Virus genome (UHGV): UHGV-0219172
Strand: one strand, 5' to 3'
Length of the DNA: 31,814 bases
From: a virus
The notes under the pieces are model-generated. The model had not been told where the DNA came from, made no database searches, and saw only the letters and a program-made list of their open reading frames with translations. A program made the translations under genes and the position numbers. Within the stretch, counting starts at the first letter, position 1; the number at the start of each line of letters is the position of its first letter. This document shows, piece after piece, positions 18,217 through 27,023 of this stretch.

Positions 18217-18234
18217 TGTGCCAAAAATGATACA
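18217..18234. promoter_or_regulatory. TGT-N12-ACA dyad, candidate Ogr-type late-activator site for the V promoter
   Basis: TGTGCCAAAAATGATACA in the 83-bp divergent intergenic region between the cargo gene and V. Matches the P2/P4 late-promoter dyad pattern, but its centre is only about 55 bp from the V ATG, closer than I would expect. Confidence 0.3.
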
Positions 18235-18280
18235 ACGGGTTGTAATGGTTTATCGAGTATATATCTCTCATTATTGCCGT

Positions 18281-18916
18281 ATGAGCACATTATCAAATAT
18301 TCAGGAACTCGCGCGCGCACTGCGCAACATGATACGCACCGGCATTGTCGTCGAAACCGACCTTAACGCCGGTCGCTGCCGTGTGCAGACCGGCGGCATG
18401 TGCACCGACTGGCTTCAGTGGCTGACCCATCGCGCCGGGCGTTCGCGCACATGGTGGGCACCTTCCGTGGGGGAACAGGTGCTGATTCTGGCCGTGGGCG
18501 GTGAACTCGACACGGCGTTCGTTCTGCCGGGGATTTATTCCGGCGATAACCCCGCGCCGTCTGCGTCGGCGGATGCCCTGCATATCCGTTTCCCTGACGG
18601 GGCGGTGATTGAATATGAACCCGAAACCAGTGCACTTACGGTAAGCGGAATTAAAACGGCCAGCGTGACGGCCTCTGATTCTGTTACTGCCACGGTGCCG
18701 GTGGTCATGGTGAAAGCATCAACCCGCGTCACCCTGGACACACCGGAGGTGGTCTGCACCAACAGGCTGATTACCGGCACGCTGGAAGTGCAGAAGGGCG
18801 GGACGATGCGCGGCAACATTGAACATACCGGCGGTGAACTCTCATCAAACGGTAAGGTACTGCATACCCATAAACACCCCGGCGACAGCGGCGGCACAAC
18901 CGGGAGTCCTTTATGA
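18281..18916 (+). CDS. V: baseplate spike/assembly protein V
   Basis: Starts MSTLSNIQELARALRNMIRTG; the track ORF extends upstream to 18212. Confidence 0.9.
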   Translation: MSTLSNIQELARALRNMIRTGIVVETDLNAGRCRVQTGGMCTDWLQWLTHRAGRSRTWWAPSVGEQVLILAVGGELDTAFVLPGIYSGDNPAPSASADALHIRFPDGAVIEYEPETSALTVSGIKTASVTASDSVTATVPVVMVKASTRVTLDTPEVVCTNRLITGTLEVQKGGTMRGNIEHTGGELSSNGKVLHTHKHPGDSGGTTGSPL

Positions 18917-19260
18917 CAGCGCGTTATCTCGGAATGAATCGCAGTGATGGCCTGACTGTCACTGACCTTGAGCATATCAGCCAGAGTATCGGCGATATCC
19001 TGCGTACACCGGTCGGCTCACGGGTGATGCGTCGTGATTACGGCTCGTTGCTGGCATCAATGATTGACCAGCCGCAGACCCCGGCGCTTGAGTTGCAGAT
19101 TAAGGTCGCCTGTTACATGGCGGTGCTGAAATGGGAACCCCGCGTCACCCTGTCATCCGTCACCACGGCGCGCAGCTTTGACGGGCGAATGACGGTCACG
19201 TTAACCGGCCAGCACAACGATACCGGCCAGCCACTTTCGTTAACCATCCCTGTGAGTTGA
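18913..19260 (+). CDS. W: baseplate protein W
   Basis: 115-aa ORF overlapping the V stop. Confidence 0.9.
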   Translation: MTARYLGMNRSDGLTVTDLEHISQSIGDILRTPVGSRVMRRDYGSLLASMIDQPQTPALELQIKVACYMAVLKWEPRVTLSSVTTARSFDGRMTVTLTGQHNDTGQPLSLTIPVS

Positions 19261-19264
19261 AACC

Positions 19265-20173
19265 ATGCCGATTATCGACCTGAACCAGCTACCCGCACCG
19301 GATGTGGTCGAGGAGCTGGACTTTGAAATCATTCTCGCTGAACGCAAGGCGACACTGATTTCCCTTTACCCGGAAGACCAGCAGGAGGCGGTCGCCCGTA
19401 CCCTGACGCTGGAATCTGAGCCTCTCGTCAAACTGCTGGAGGAAAATGCTTATCGTGAGCTTATCTGGCGTCAGCGTGTGAATGAGGCTGCGCGGGCGGT
19501 GATGCTGGCCTGTGCCGCCGGTAATGACCTTGATGTGATTGGTGCCAATTACAACACCACGCGCCTGACTATCACCCCGGCAGATGATTCGACCATCCCG
19601 CCGACACCGGCAGTGATGGAGTCTGACACCGATTATCGTCTGCGTATTCAGCAGGCGTTTGAGGGCTTAAGCGTCGCCGGGTCGGTGGGAGCCTATCAGT
19701 ATCATGGTCGCAGTGCCGACGGGCGTGTCGCGGATATCTCTGTCACCAGTCCGTCTCCGGCCTGCGTCACTATCTCCGTGCTGTCTCGCGAAAATAACGG
19801 TGTCGCATCCGAAGACCTGCTGGCGGTGGTGCGCAACGCCCTGAATGGTGAGGACGTCAGGCCGGTGGCCGACCGCGTGACCGTGCAGTCTGCCGCCATC
19901 GTTGAATACCAGATAAACGCCACGCTTTACCTTTACCCTGGTCCCGAAAGCGAACCCATCCGCGCTGCTGCCGTGAAAAAACTGGAAGCGTACATCACGG
20001 CACAGCACCGGCTGGGGCGCGACATCCGTCTGTCTGCTATTTATGCCGCTTTGCATGTGGAAGGCGTGCAGCGTGTCGAGCTGGCTGCACCACTGGCCGA
20101 CATTGTGCTCAACAGTACGCAGGCGTCTTTCTGCACCGAATACCGCGTCGTGACCGGAGGCTCGGATGAGTGA
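19265..20173 (+). CDS. J: baseplate protein J
   Basis: 302-aa ORF in the conserved V-W-J-I order. Confidence 0.9.
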   Translation: MPIIDLNQLPAPDVVEELDFEIILAERKATLISLYPEDQQEAVARTLTLESEPLVKLLEENAYRELIWRQRVNEAARAVMLACAAGNDLDVIGANYNTTRLTITPADDSTIPPTPAVMESDTDYRLRIQQAFEGLSVAGSVGAYQYHGRSADGRVADISVTSPSPACVTISVLSRENNGVASEDLLAVVRNALNGEDVRPVADRVTVQSAAIVEYQINATLYLYPGPESEPIRAAAVKKLEAYITAQHRLGRDIRLSAIYAALHVEGVQRVELAAPLADIVLNSTQASFCTEYRVVTGGSDE

Positions 20174-20696
20174 TTCGCGCCTGCTGCCGACCGGCTCATC
20201 ACCGCTTGAAGTCGCCGCCGCAAAAGCCTGTGCGGAAATTGAAAAAACGCCGGTCAGTATTCGTGAACTGTGGAACCCGGACACCTGTCCGGCAAATCTG
20301 CTGCCGTGGCTGGCGTGGGCGTTTTCGGTCGACAGGTGGGATGAAAAGTGGCCGGAAGCGACAAAACGCGCCGTTATCCGCGATGCCTATTTCATCCACT
20401 GTCATAAGGGCACGATAGGTGCAATCCGGCGTGTGGTGGAGCCGCTGGGCTATCTCATCAACGTGACGGAGTGGTGGGAAACCAGTGACCCGCCGGGCAC
20501 CTTCCGGCTTGATATTGGTGTACTGGAAAGTGGCATCACAGAGGCAATGTATCAGGAAATGGAACGGCTGATTGCTGATGCCAAACCTGCAAGCCGTCAC
20601 CTTATTGGCCTGAACATTACCCGGGACATTCCCGGCTACCTGTTCGCCGGTGGTGTGGCTTACGACGGCGATGTAATTACGGTTTACCCCGGATAA
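20166..20696 (+). CDS. I: baseplate/tail protein I
   Basis: 176-aa ORF overlapping the J stop. Confidence 0.9.
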   Translation: MSDSRLLPTGSSPLEVAAAKACAEIEKTPVSIRELWNPDTCPANLLPWLAWAFSVDRWDEKWPEATKRAVIRDAYFIHCHKGTIGAIRRVVEPLGYLINVTEWWETSDPPGTFRLDIGVLESGITEAMYQEMERLIADAKPASRHLIGLNITRDIPGYLFAGGVAYDGDVITVYPG

Positions 20697-20706
20697 GTGA
20701 GGAATA

Positions 20707-22635
20707 ATGAGCACAAAATTCAGAACCGTTATCACCACTGCCGGTGCAGCAAAGCTGGCAGCGGCAACCGCGCCTGGAGGGCGGAAGGTCAACATTACCA
20801 CGATGGCCGTCGGGGATGGCGGTGGTAAATTGCCTGTCCCGGATGCCGGACAGACCGGGCTTATCCATGAAGTCTGGCGACATGCGCTGAACAAAATCAG
20901 CCAGGACAAACGAAACAGTAATTATATTATCGCAGAGCTGGTTATTCCGCCGGAGGTGGGCGGTTTCTGGATGCGTGAGCTTGGCCTGTACGATGATGCG
21001 GGAACATTAATTGCCGTGGCGAACATGGCCGAAAGTTATAAGCCAGCTCTTGCCGAAGGCTCAGGGCGTTCGCAGACCTGTCGCATGGTCATCATCGTCA
21101 GCAGTGTGGCCTCAGTGGCGCTGACCATTGACACCACAACGGTGATGGCGACGCAGGATTACGTTGATGACAAAATTGCAGAGCATGAACAGTCACGACG
21201 TCACCCGGACGCCTCGCTGACCGCAAAAGGTTTTACTCAGTTAAGCAGTGCGATCAACAGCACGTCTGAAACACTGGCCGCAACGCCGAAAGCGGTAAAG
21301 GCCGCGTATGATCTTGCTAACGGGAAATACACTGCGCAGGATGCCACCACAGCGCGAAAAGGCCTTGTCCAGCTCAGTAGCGCCACCAACAGCACGTCTG
21401 AAACGCTCGCCGCAACACCAAAAGCGGTAAAGGCAGCATATGACCTTGCTAACGGGAAATACACTGCACAGGACGCCACCACAGCGCGAAAAGGTCTTGT
21501 CCAGCTCAGTAGCGCCACCAACAGCGATTCTGAAACGCTTGCAGCAACGCCAAAGGCGGTTAAGACAGCGTATGACCTTGCTAACGGGAAATACACTGCG
21601 CAGGATGCCACCACGGCGCGAAAAGGCCTTGTCCAGCTCAGTAGCGCCACCAACAGTGATTCTGAAACGCTGGCCGCAACACCAAAAGCAGTGAAGTCTG
21701 CCTATGACAATGCTGAAAAACGTCTTCAGAAAGATCAGAACGGTGCGGATATTCCGGGAAAGGATACCTTCACGAAAAATATCGGTGCCTGTCGTGCTTA
21801 TAGCGGCGCTTTGAGCACTGAAGCCGGAAACTGGACAACCGCTCAGTTTATTGAATGGCTGGATTCCCGTGGTGCATTTAATCATCCGTACTGGATGTGC
21901 AAATGTTCATGGTCATACGGCAATAATAAAATTATTACCGATACTGGCTGTGGAACTATTCATCTTGCAGGTTGCGTTATTGAGGTTATGGGTAATAAAG
22001 GTGCCATGACCATCCGTGTAACAACACCAAGCACTTCCACCGGAGGCGGCACCACTAACGCTCAATTCACTTATATTAATCATGGTGATGCTTATGCTCC
22101 TGGCTGGCGACGAGACTACAACACGAAAAACCAGCAGCCTGCATTTGCTTTAGGGAAAACAGGAAGCACTGTCGGAAATGATAAAGCTGTTGGCTGGAAC
22201 TGGAATAGCGGGGTCTATCAAGCAAATATTGGTGGCGCATCGACATTAATCCTCCATTTCAATATGAGCGAGGGGAGTTGCCCTGCCGTACAGTTCCGTG
22301 TGAATTATAAGAACGGCGGTATTTATTATCGTTCAGCGCGTGATGGTTATGGATTTGAGGCTGACTGGTCAGAGTTTTACACCACAACCCGCAAACCCTC
22401 TGCGGGAGATGTTGGTGCATATACCAAAGATGAATCGGATTCTCGCTATGTACGAGATATTCGCCTGGGCACACGTGTTGTTCAGACTATGCAAAAAGGT
22501 GTGATGTATGAGAAAGCAGGGCACGTAATTACCGGGCTTGGTATTGTCGGTGAAGTCGATGGTGATGACCCCGCAGTATTCAGACCAATACAAAAATACA
22601 TCAATGGAACATGGTATAACGTCGCACAGGTGTAA
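20707..22635 (+). CDS. H: tail fiber protein H with internal 44-aa tandem repeats and a lower-GC C-terminal domain
   Basis: 642-aa ORF after I. N-terminus conserved P2-like; the C-terminal third is visibly more AT-rich. Confidence 0.85.
   Translation: MSTKFRTVITTAGAAKLAAATAPGGRKVNITTMAVGDGGGKLPVPDAGQTGLIHEVWRHALNKISQDKRNSNYIIAELVIPPEVGGFWMRELGLYDDAGTLIAVANMAESYKPALAEGSGRSQTCRMVIIVSSVASVALTIDTTTVMATQDYVDDKIAEHEQSRRHPDASLTAKGFTQLSSAINSTSETLAATPKAVKAAYDLANGKYTAQDATTARKGLVQLSSATNSTSETLAATPKAVKAAYDLANGKYTAQDATTARKGLVQLSSATNSDSETLAATPKAVKTAYDLANGKYTAQDATTARKGLVQLSSATNSDSETLAATPKAVKSAYDNAEKRLQKDQNGADIPGKDTFTKNIGACRAYSGALSTEAGNWTTAQFIEWLDSRGAFNHPYWMCKCSWSYGNNKIITDTGCGTIHLAGCVIEVMGNKGAMTIRVTTPSTSTGGGTTNAQFTYINHGDAYAPGWRRDYNTKNQQPAFALGKTGSTVGNDKAVGWNWNSGVYQANIGGASTLILHFNMSEGSCPAVQFRVNYKNGGIYYRSARDGYGFEADWSEFYTTTRKPSAGDVGAYTKDESDSRYVRDIRLGTRVVQTMQKGVMYEKAGHVITGLGIVGEVDGDDPAVFRPIQKYINGTWYNVAQV
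21229..21709 (+). repeat. in-frame 132-bp tandem repeat, about 3.6 copies, inside tail fiber gene H
   Basis: Units begin at 21229, 21361, 21493 and 21625, each encoding G(L/F)(V/T)QLSSA(T/I)NS(T/D)SETLAATPKAVK(A/T/S)AYDLANGKYTAQDATTARK. Confidence 0.9.
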
Positions 22636-22638
22636 TTT

Positions 22639-23166
22639 ATGCAGCATTTAAAAAATATTATTGCGGGTAATCCAAAAACTGTTGCCCAATATCAACTGAC
22701 AAAAAATTTTGATGTTATCTGGTTATGGTCCGAAGAGGGAAAAAACTGGTATGAGGAAGTAAGTAATTTTCAGGAGGACACGATAAAGATTGTTTACGAC
22801 GAGAATAATATAATTGTCGGCATCACCAGAGATGCTTCAACGCTTAACCCTGAAGGTTTTAGCGTTGTCGAGGTTCCTGATATTACCGCCAACCGACGTG
22901 CTGATGACTCAGGTAAATGGATGTTTAAGGATGGTGCCGTGATTAAGCGGATTTATACGGCAGACGAACAGCAACAACAGGCCGAATCACAAAAGGCCGC
23001 GTTACTTTCCGAAGCGGAAAGCGTTATCCAGCCGCTGGAACGCACCGTCAGGCTGAATATGGCGACGGATGAGGAGCGCGCACGACTGGAGTCATGGGAA
23101 CGCTACAGCGTTCTGGTCAGCCGTGTGGATCCTGCAAATCCTGAATGGCCGGAAATACCGCAATAA
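22639..23166 (+). CDS. G: tail fiber assembly chaperone
   Basis: 175-aa ORF immediately after H, with lower GC like the H C-terminus. Confidence 0.8.
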   Translation: MQHLKNIIAGNPKTVAQYQLTKNFDVIWLWSEEGKNWYEEVSNFQEDTIKIVYDENNIIVGITRDASTLNPEGFSVVEVPDITANRRADDSGKWMFKDGAVIKRIYTADEQQQQAESQKAALLSEAESVIQPLERTVRLNMATDEERARLESWERYSVLVSRVDPANPEWPEIPQ

Positions 23167-23456
23167 GTTGTATGATATCTGGAGTGAGCTAACGTATCTA
23201 TGGCACAGAGTAAAACTTAATCTGACAGTCTGCTCTGTACCAAAAGCGGAACTTGCTTACATCGTGCTATGTTAGTTTGCTGGGAGCAGGTCATTATCTA
23301 CGTGATTGCTATTTTATAACTTGGATAAAATGAGGGATGAACATAATATCGAGACAGTGATTGCAGAGTTAGTCATTATAGGCGGGCATCAGTTCATGCC
23401 GGATCTCTAATGCAATTATCAGGAAAATATGGGACGTTTTATCAATCAGAGGAAAT

Positions 23457-24683
23457 ATGTTACAGTTCAGCTTTGTATCAAATGACGTTGTTATGACTTA
23501 CGACGGTGACAGCGGAGAACAAATAATTTGGGTTTGGGAGAGTTTAAATAAATTTCAAACAGTATGCATTTCACGAATTTTTAACTTTCAACTCCAGGAC
23601 TTGAGAAACCCACCGTCAACCGTTCAGGATTTTAATGATTACGAATATTCCTTTAATTTTGGCACGCTTAATAATGAATACATAACAGTTCCGGGACGGA
23701 TTCTAAGCATTAATCGAGATGTCCTTATACATAAGTCCATCAAGCTTGAAAGGAAAGTATTTGCGTCAGAACGCAACGTCTCCATTTTTGGTCGGCTTTC
23801 AAAACTACTCGATCACACTAATCCCATCATCATCGGAGGAGATAAGCCGGAAGCTATACCAAAAAGCGTATTCCAGGAGTTGCAAAGTAAATTCCACAAC
23901 ACAGGGGAACTGGATCGCTATGCTAATGCAAGGGTTCACGCTATTCTCGCAGGTTATCTTGATGGTATGAAAGATGCTCGCGAACGGTATGAACATTACC
24001 TAAACAGAAAAACAGTGATCAGAAAAACCGACAAACTGGATTTAGAAGTTTTAAATAAGCTCGAAATTGAGAAATATACACTCATAAGAGACATTATCCA
24101 GGATGCGTTGAATAACAAAACTAACTTGTCTGAAGATGACTGGCAGAGCCTGATGATACCCTTCATCACATTACTTTTTCCAAAATATATCAAGGTCCTC
24201 GAGAAGGTTAAAATTTTCGACTATTACTCTAATCCTTCGGCTAAAACAAATCGGTTTATAGACATTGCACTGGTGGATGCAAACGGCAACCTTGATATCA
24301 TCGAAGTCAAAAAGCCGTTTGATGATAAGATCCTTCGCAAGACGCCCTATCGCGATAACTATATTCCTACATCAGAACTTAGCGGCGGTATTATGCAGGC
24401 TGAAAAGTATATTTTTCATTTATCTAAATGGGGTGTTAAGGGTGAAAAAGAGCTTACGAATGCCTACAAGAATTCTCTGCCAGCGGGAATGTGTATTCGT
24501 ATATCTAACCCAAAAGCCATCATCATTGTCGGACGCGATCAGATAGCGAACGGTAACATGACCGACGGTCAGTTGCTTGATTTTGAGATAATCAAACGTA
24601 AGTACGCCAACATGATAGACATATTGACGTACGACGACCTGTTGCGTCGACTTAATAATACGATTGAAGCATTGAAAGGTTGA
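23457..24683 (+). CDS. cargo gene at the G-FI (Z/fun) position: 408-aa protein with a C-terminal PD-(D/E)xK nuclease-like core, possibly Shedu (DUF4263)-like; candidate anti-phage defence
   Basis: ATG 23457 with GAGG SD. Visibly AT-rich, flanked by about 290 bp of non-coding DNA on each side. C-terminal region FIDIALVDANGNLDIIEVKKP ... QAEKY gives D269/D280, E283-x-K285 and Q314...Y318, a restriction-endonuclease-fold pattern. Confidence 0.5.
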   Translation: MLQFSFVSNDVVMTYDGDSGEQIIWVWESLNKFQTVCISRIFNFQLQDLRNPPSTVQDFNDYEYSFNFGTLNNEYITVPGRILSINRDVLIHKSIKLERKVFASERNVSIFGRLSKLLDHTNPIIIGGDKPEAIPKSVFQELQSKFHNTGELDRYANARVHAILAGYLDGMKDARERYEHYLNRKTVIRKTDKLDLEVLNKLEIEKYTLIRDIIQDALNNKTNLSEDDWQSLMIPFITLLFPKYIKVLEKVKIFDYYSNPSAKTNRFIDIALVDANGNLDIIEVKKPFDDKILRKTPYRDNYIPTSELSGGIMQAEKYIFHLSKWGVKGEKELTNAYKNSLPAGMCIRISNPKAIIIVGRDQIANGNMTDGQLLDFEIIKRKYANMIDILTYDDLLRRLNNTIEALKG

Positions 24684-24752
24684 ATGCCCATGAGGTTCAC
24701 ACCCACAACGGGGAGCAGGTCACTTCCTCTTGTTTGATTGACATACCATAAC

Positions 24753-24776
24753 GTCTGCTTTTGGCTCAAAGCAGAC
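24753..24776 (+). terminator. hairpin, candidate terminator of the cargo gene
   Basis: 9-bp stem GTCTGCTTT / AAAGCAGAC with a 6-nt loop, about 70 bp after the stop, followed by T-rich sequence. Confidence 0.45.
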
Positions 24777-24844
24777 TGTCTGATTTGATAGCTTTTGGGC
24801 TATGTAAATTGTCAGTTGAAAAATGAGTGAGTACAAATCAGGAC

Positions 24845-24872
24845 GGGCGGGCGAGTTGCCCGCCTTTTCTTT
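24845..24872 (+). terminator. rho-independent terminator upstream of the FI late promoter region
   Basis: GC stem GGCGGGC (24846-24852) and GCCCGCC (24858-24864), loop GAGTT, then TTTTCTTT. Confidence 0.6.
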
Positions 24873-24969
24873 AATCTGTTGTTTCATCCACTGACCAGTC
24901 AGGTCAAATAGCGTCTTATGCACTGCCCAACAGAAAATAGTTGCACCCATTAACCACGGAGTTAAACGG

Positions 24970-26160
24970 ATGAGTGACTATCATCACGGCGTGCAGGTGC
25001 TGGAGATTAACGACGGCACCCGCGTCATTTCCACCGTATCCACCGCCATTGTTGGCATGGTCTGCACGGCCAGCGATGCGGATGCGGAAATCTTCCCACT
25101 CAATAAACCGGTGCTGATTACCAATGTGCAGAGCGCAATTGCAAAGGCCGGTAAAAAAGGCACGCTGGCGGCGTCGTTACAGGCCATCGCTGACCAGTCA
25201 AAACCGGTCACCGTTGTCGTACGTGTGGAAGACGGCACCGGCGACGACGAGGAAACGAAACTCGCGCAGACCGTTTCCAATATCATCGGCACTACCGACG
25301 AAAACGGTCAGTACACCGGACTGAAAGCCCTGCTGGCGGCGGAGTCGGTAACCGGTGTTAAACCGCGTATTCTCGGTGTGCCGGGGCTGGATACCAAAGA
25401 GGTGGCTGTTGCACTGGCATCAGTCTGTCAGAAGCTGCGCGCTTTCGGGTATATCAGCGCATGGGGCTGTAAAACCATTTCCGAGGTGAAAGCTTACCGC
25501 CAGAATTTCAGCCAGCGTGAGCTGATGGTCATCTGGCCGGATTTCCTCGCATGGGATACGGTCGCCAGTACCACCGCCACCGCGTATGCCACCGCCCGTG
25601 CGCTGGGTCTGCGCGCTAAAATCGACCAGGAGCAGGGCTGGCATAAAACGCTGTCCAACGTCGGGGTGAACGGTGTTACCGGCATCAGCGCATCTGTATT
25701 CTGGGATTTGCAGGAGTCCGGTACTGATGCTGACCTGCTTAACGAGTCAGGTGTCACTACGCTGATTCGCCGCGACGGTTTCCGCTTCTGGGGTAACTGT
25801 ACCTGCTCTGATGACCCGCTGTTCCTCTTTGAAAACTACACCCGCACCGCGCAGGTGTTGGCCGACACGATGGCTGAGGCGCACATGTGGGCGGTGGATA
25901 AGCCCATCACCGCAACGCTGATTCGCGACATCGTTGACGGCATCAATGCCAAATTCCGTGAGCTGAAAACAAACGGCTATATCGTGGATGCGACCTGCTG
26001 GTTCAGCGAAGAATCCAACGATGCGGAAACCCTCAAGGCCGGAAAACTGTATATCGACTACGACTATACACCGGTGCCTCCTCTCGAAAACCTGACCCTG
26101 CGCCAGCGTATTACCGATAAATACCTGGCAAATCTGGTCACCTCGGTTAACAGCAATTAA
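24970..26160 (+). CDS. FI: contractile tail sheath protein
   Basis: 396-aa ORF followed by the tail tube gene; conserved P2 FI/FII pair. Confidence 0.9.
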   Translation: MSDYHHGVQVLEINDGTRVISTVSTAIVGMVCTASDADAEIFPLNKPVLITNVQSAIAKAGKKGTLAASLQAIADQSKPVTVVVRVEDGTGDDEETKLAQTVSNIIGTTDENGQYTGLKALLAAESVTGVKPRILGVPGLDTKEVAVALASVCQKLRAFGYISAWGCKTISEVKAYRQNFSQRELMVIWPDFLAWDTVASTTATAYATARALGLRAKIDQEQGWHKTLSNVGVNGVTGISASVFWDLQESGTDADLLNESGVTTLIRRDGFRFWGNCTCSDDPLFLFENYTRTAQVLADTMAEAHMWAVDKPITATLIRDIVDGINAKFRELKTNGYIVDATCWFSEESNDAETLKAGKLYIDYDYTPVPPLENLTLRQRITDKYLANLVTSVNSN

Positions 26161-26172
26161 GGAGCCTGACCG

Positions 26173-26691
26173 ATGGCAATGCCGCGCAAACTCAAGTTAA
26201 TGAACGTCTTTCTGAACGGCTACAGCTATCAGGGCGTCGCAAAGTCCGTCACGCTGCCAAAACTGACCCGTAAGCTCGAAAACTATCGCGGTGCGGGGAT
26301 GAACGGCAGCGCACCGGTAGACCTCGGCCTTGATGACGATGCGCTGTCAATGGAGTGGTCGCTCGGGGGCTTCCCGGATTCGGTTATCTGGGAGCTTTAC
26401 GCCGCAACCGGTGTGGATGCCGTGCCGATTCGTTTTGCTGGCTCTTACCAGCGCGACGATACCGGCGAAACGGTGGCCGTCGAAGTGGTCATGCGTGGAC
26501 GTCAGAAAGAAATCGACACCGGAGAGGGTAAACAGGGAGAAGACACCGAGTCGAAAATCTCCGTGGTCTGCACCTATTTCCGGCTGACGATGGACGGTAA
26601 GGAGCTGGTCGAAATCGACACCATCAACATGATTGAGAAGGTGAACGGCGTCGACCGGCTGGAGCAACACCGCCGTAATATCGGCCTGTGA
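26173..26691 (+). CDS. FII: tail tube protein
   Basis: 172-aa ORF following the sheath gene. Confidence 0.9.
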   Translation: MAMPRKLKLMNVFLNGYSYQGVAKSVTLPKLTRKLENYRGAGMNGSAPVDLGLDDDALSMEWSLGGFPDSVIWELYAATGVDAVPIRFAGSYQRDDTGETVAVEVVMRGRQKEIDTGEGKQGEDTESKISVVCTYFRLTMDGKELVEIDTINMIEKVNGVDRLEQHRRNIGL

Positions 26692-26747
26692 TTTTCATAC
26701 GGTCAGCCAGGCTGACCGGTTAACCCTGATTCAGAAGTGAGAAAACC

Positions 26748-27023
26748 ATGGACAAAGAAAATGTCATTACCCTGGAAAATCCGGTCAAACGTGGTGAGCA
26801 GGTTATCGAACAGGTCACGCTGATGAAACCCAGTGCCGGGACGCTGCGCGGTGTCAGTCTGGCTGCGGTCGCAAACTCCGAAGTCGATGCACTGATTAAA
26901 GTGCTGCCGCGCATGACGGCACCGATGCTGACCGAGCAGGAAGTTGCCGCGTTGGAACTGCCTGACCTTGTGGCGCTGGCCGGTAAGGTGGTCGGTTTTT
27001 TGTCGCCGAACTCGGTGCAGTAA
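26748..27023 (+). CDS. E: tail assembly chaperone E (in-frame product)
   Basis: 91-aa ORF immediately upstream of the tape measure gene, ending just after the slippery heptamer. Confidence 0.85.
   Translation: MDKENVITLENPVKRGEQVIEQVTLMKPSAGTLRGVSLAAVANSEVDALIKVLPRMTAPMLTEQEVAALELPDLVALAGKVVGFLSPNSVQ

Noticed and set aside
21229-21709. Possible CRISPR array (regular repeats)
   Set aside because: The repeats are 132 bp, directly adjacent without spacers, and in-frame within a coding gene; not CRISPR-like.
21237-21885. Antisense ORFs of 138 and 214 aa inside tail fiber gene H
   Set aside because: They are artefacts of the in-frame tandem repeat, which propagates an open frame on the reverse strand; the translations are repeat-derived.
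22000-23166. Invertible tail-fiber segment (Gin/Cin/Min-type)
   Set aside because: No invertase gene and no flanking inverted repeats were seen; the H-G module appears fixed.
24720-24950. 76-aa minus-strand ORF between the G-FI cargo gene and FI
   Set aside because: It runs through two hairpin terminators and the presumed FI promoter; no SD; likely spurious.
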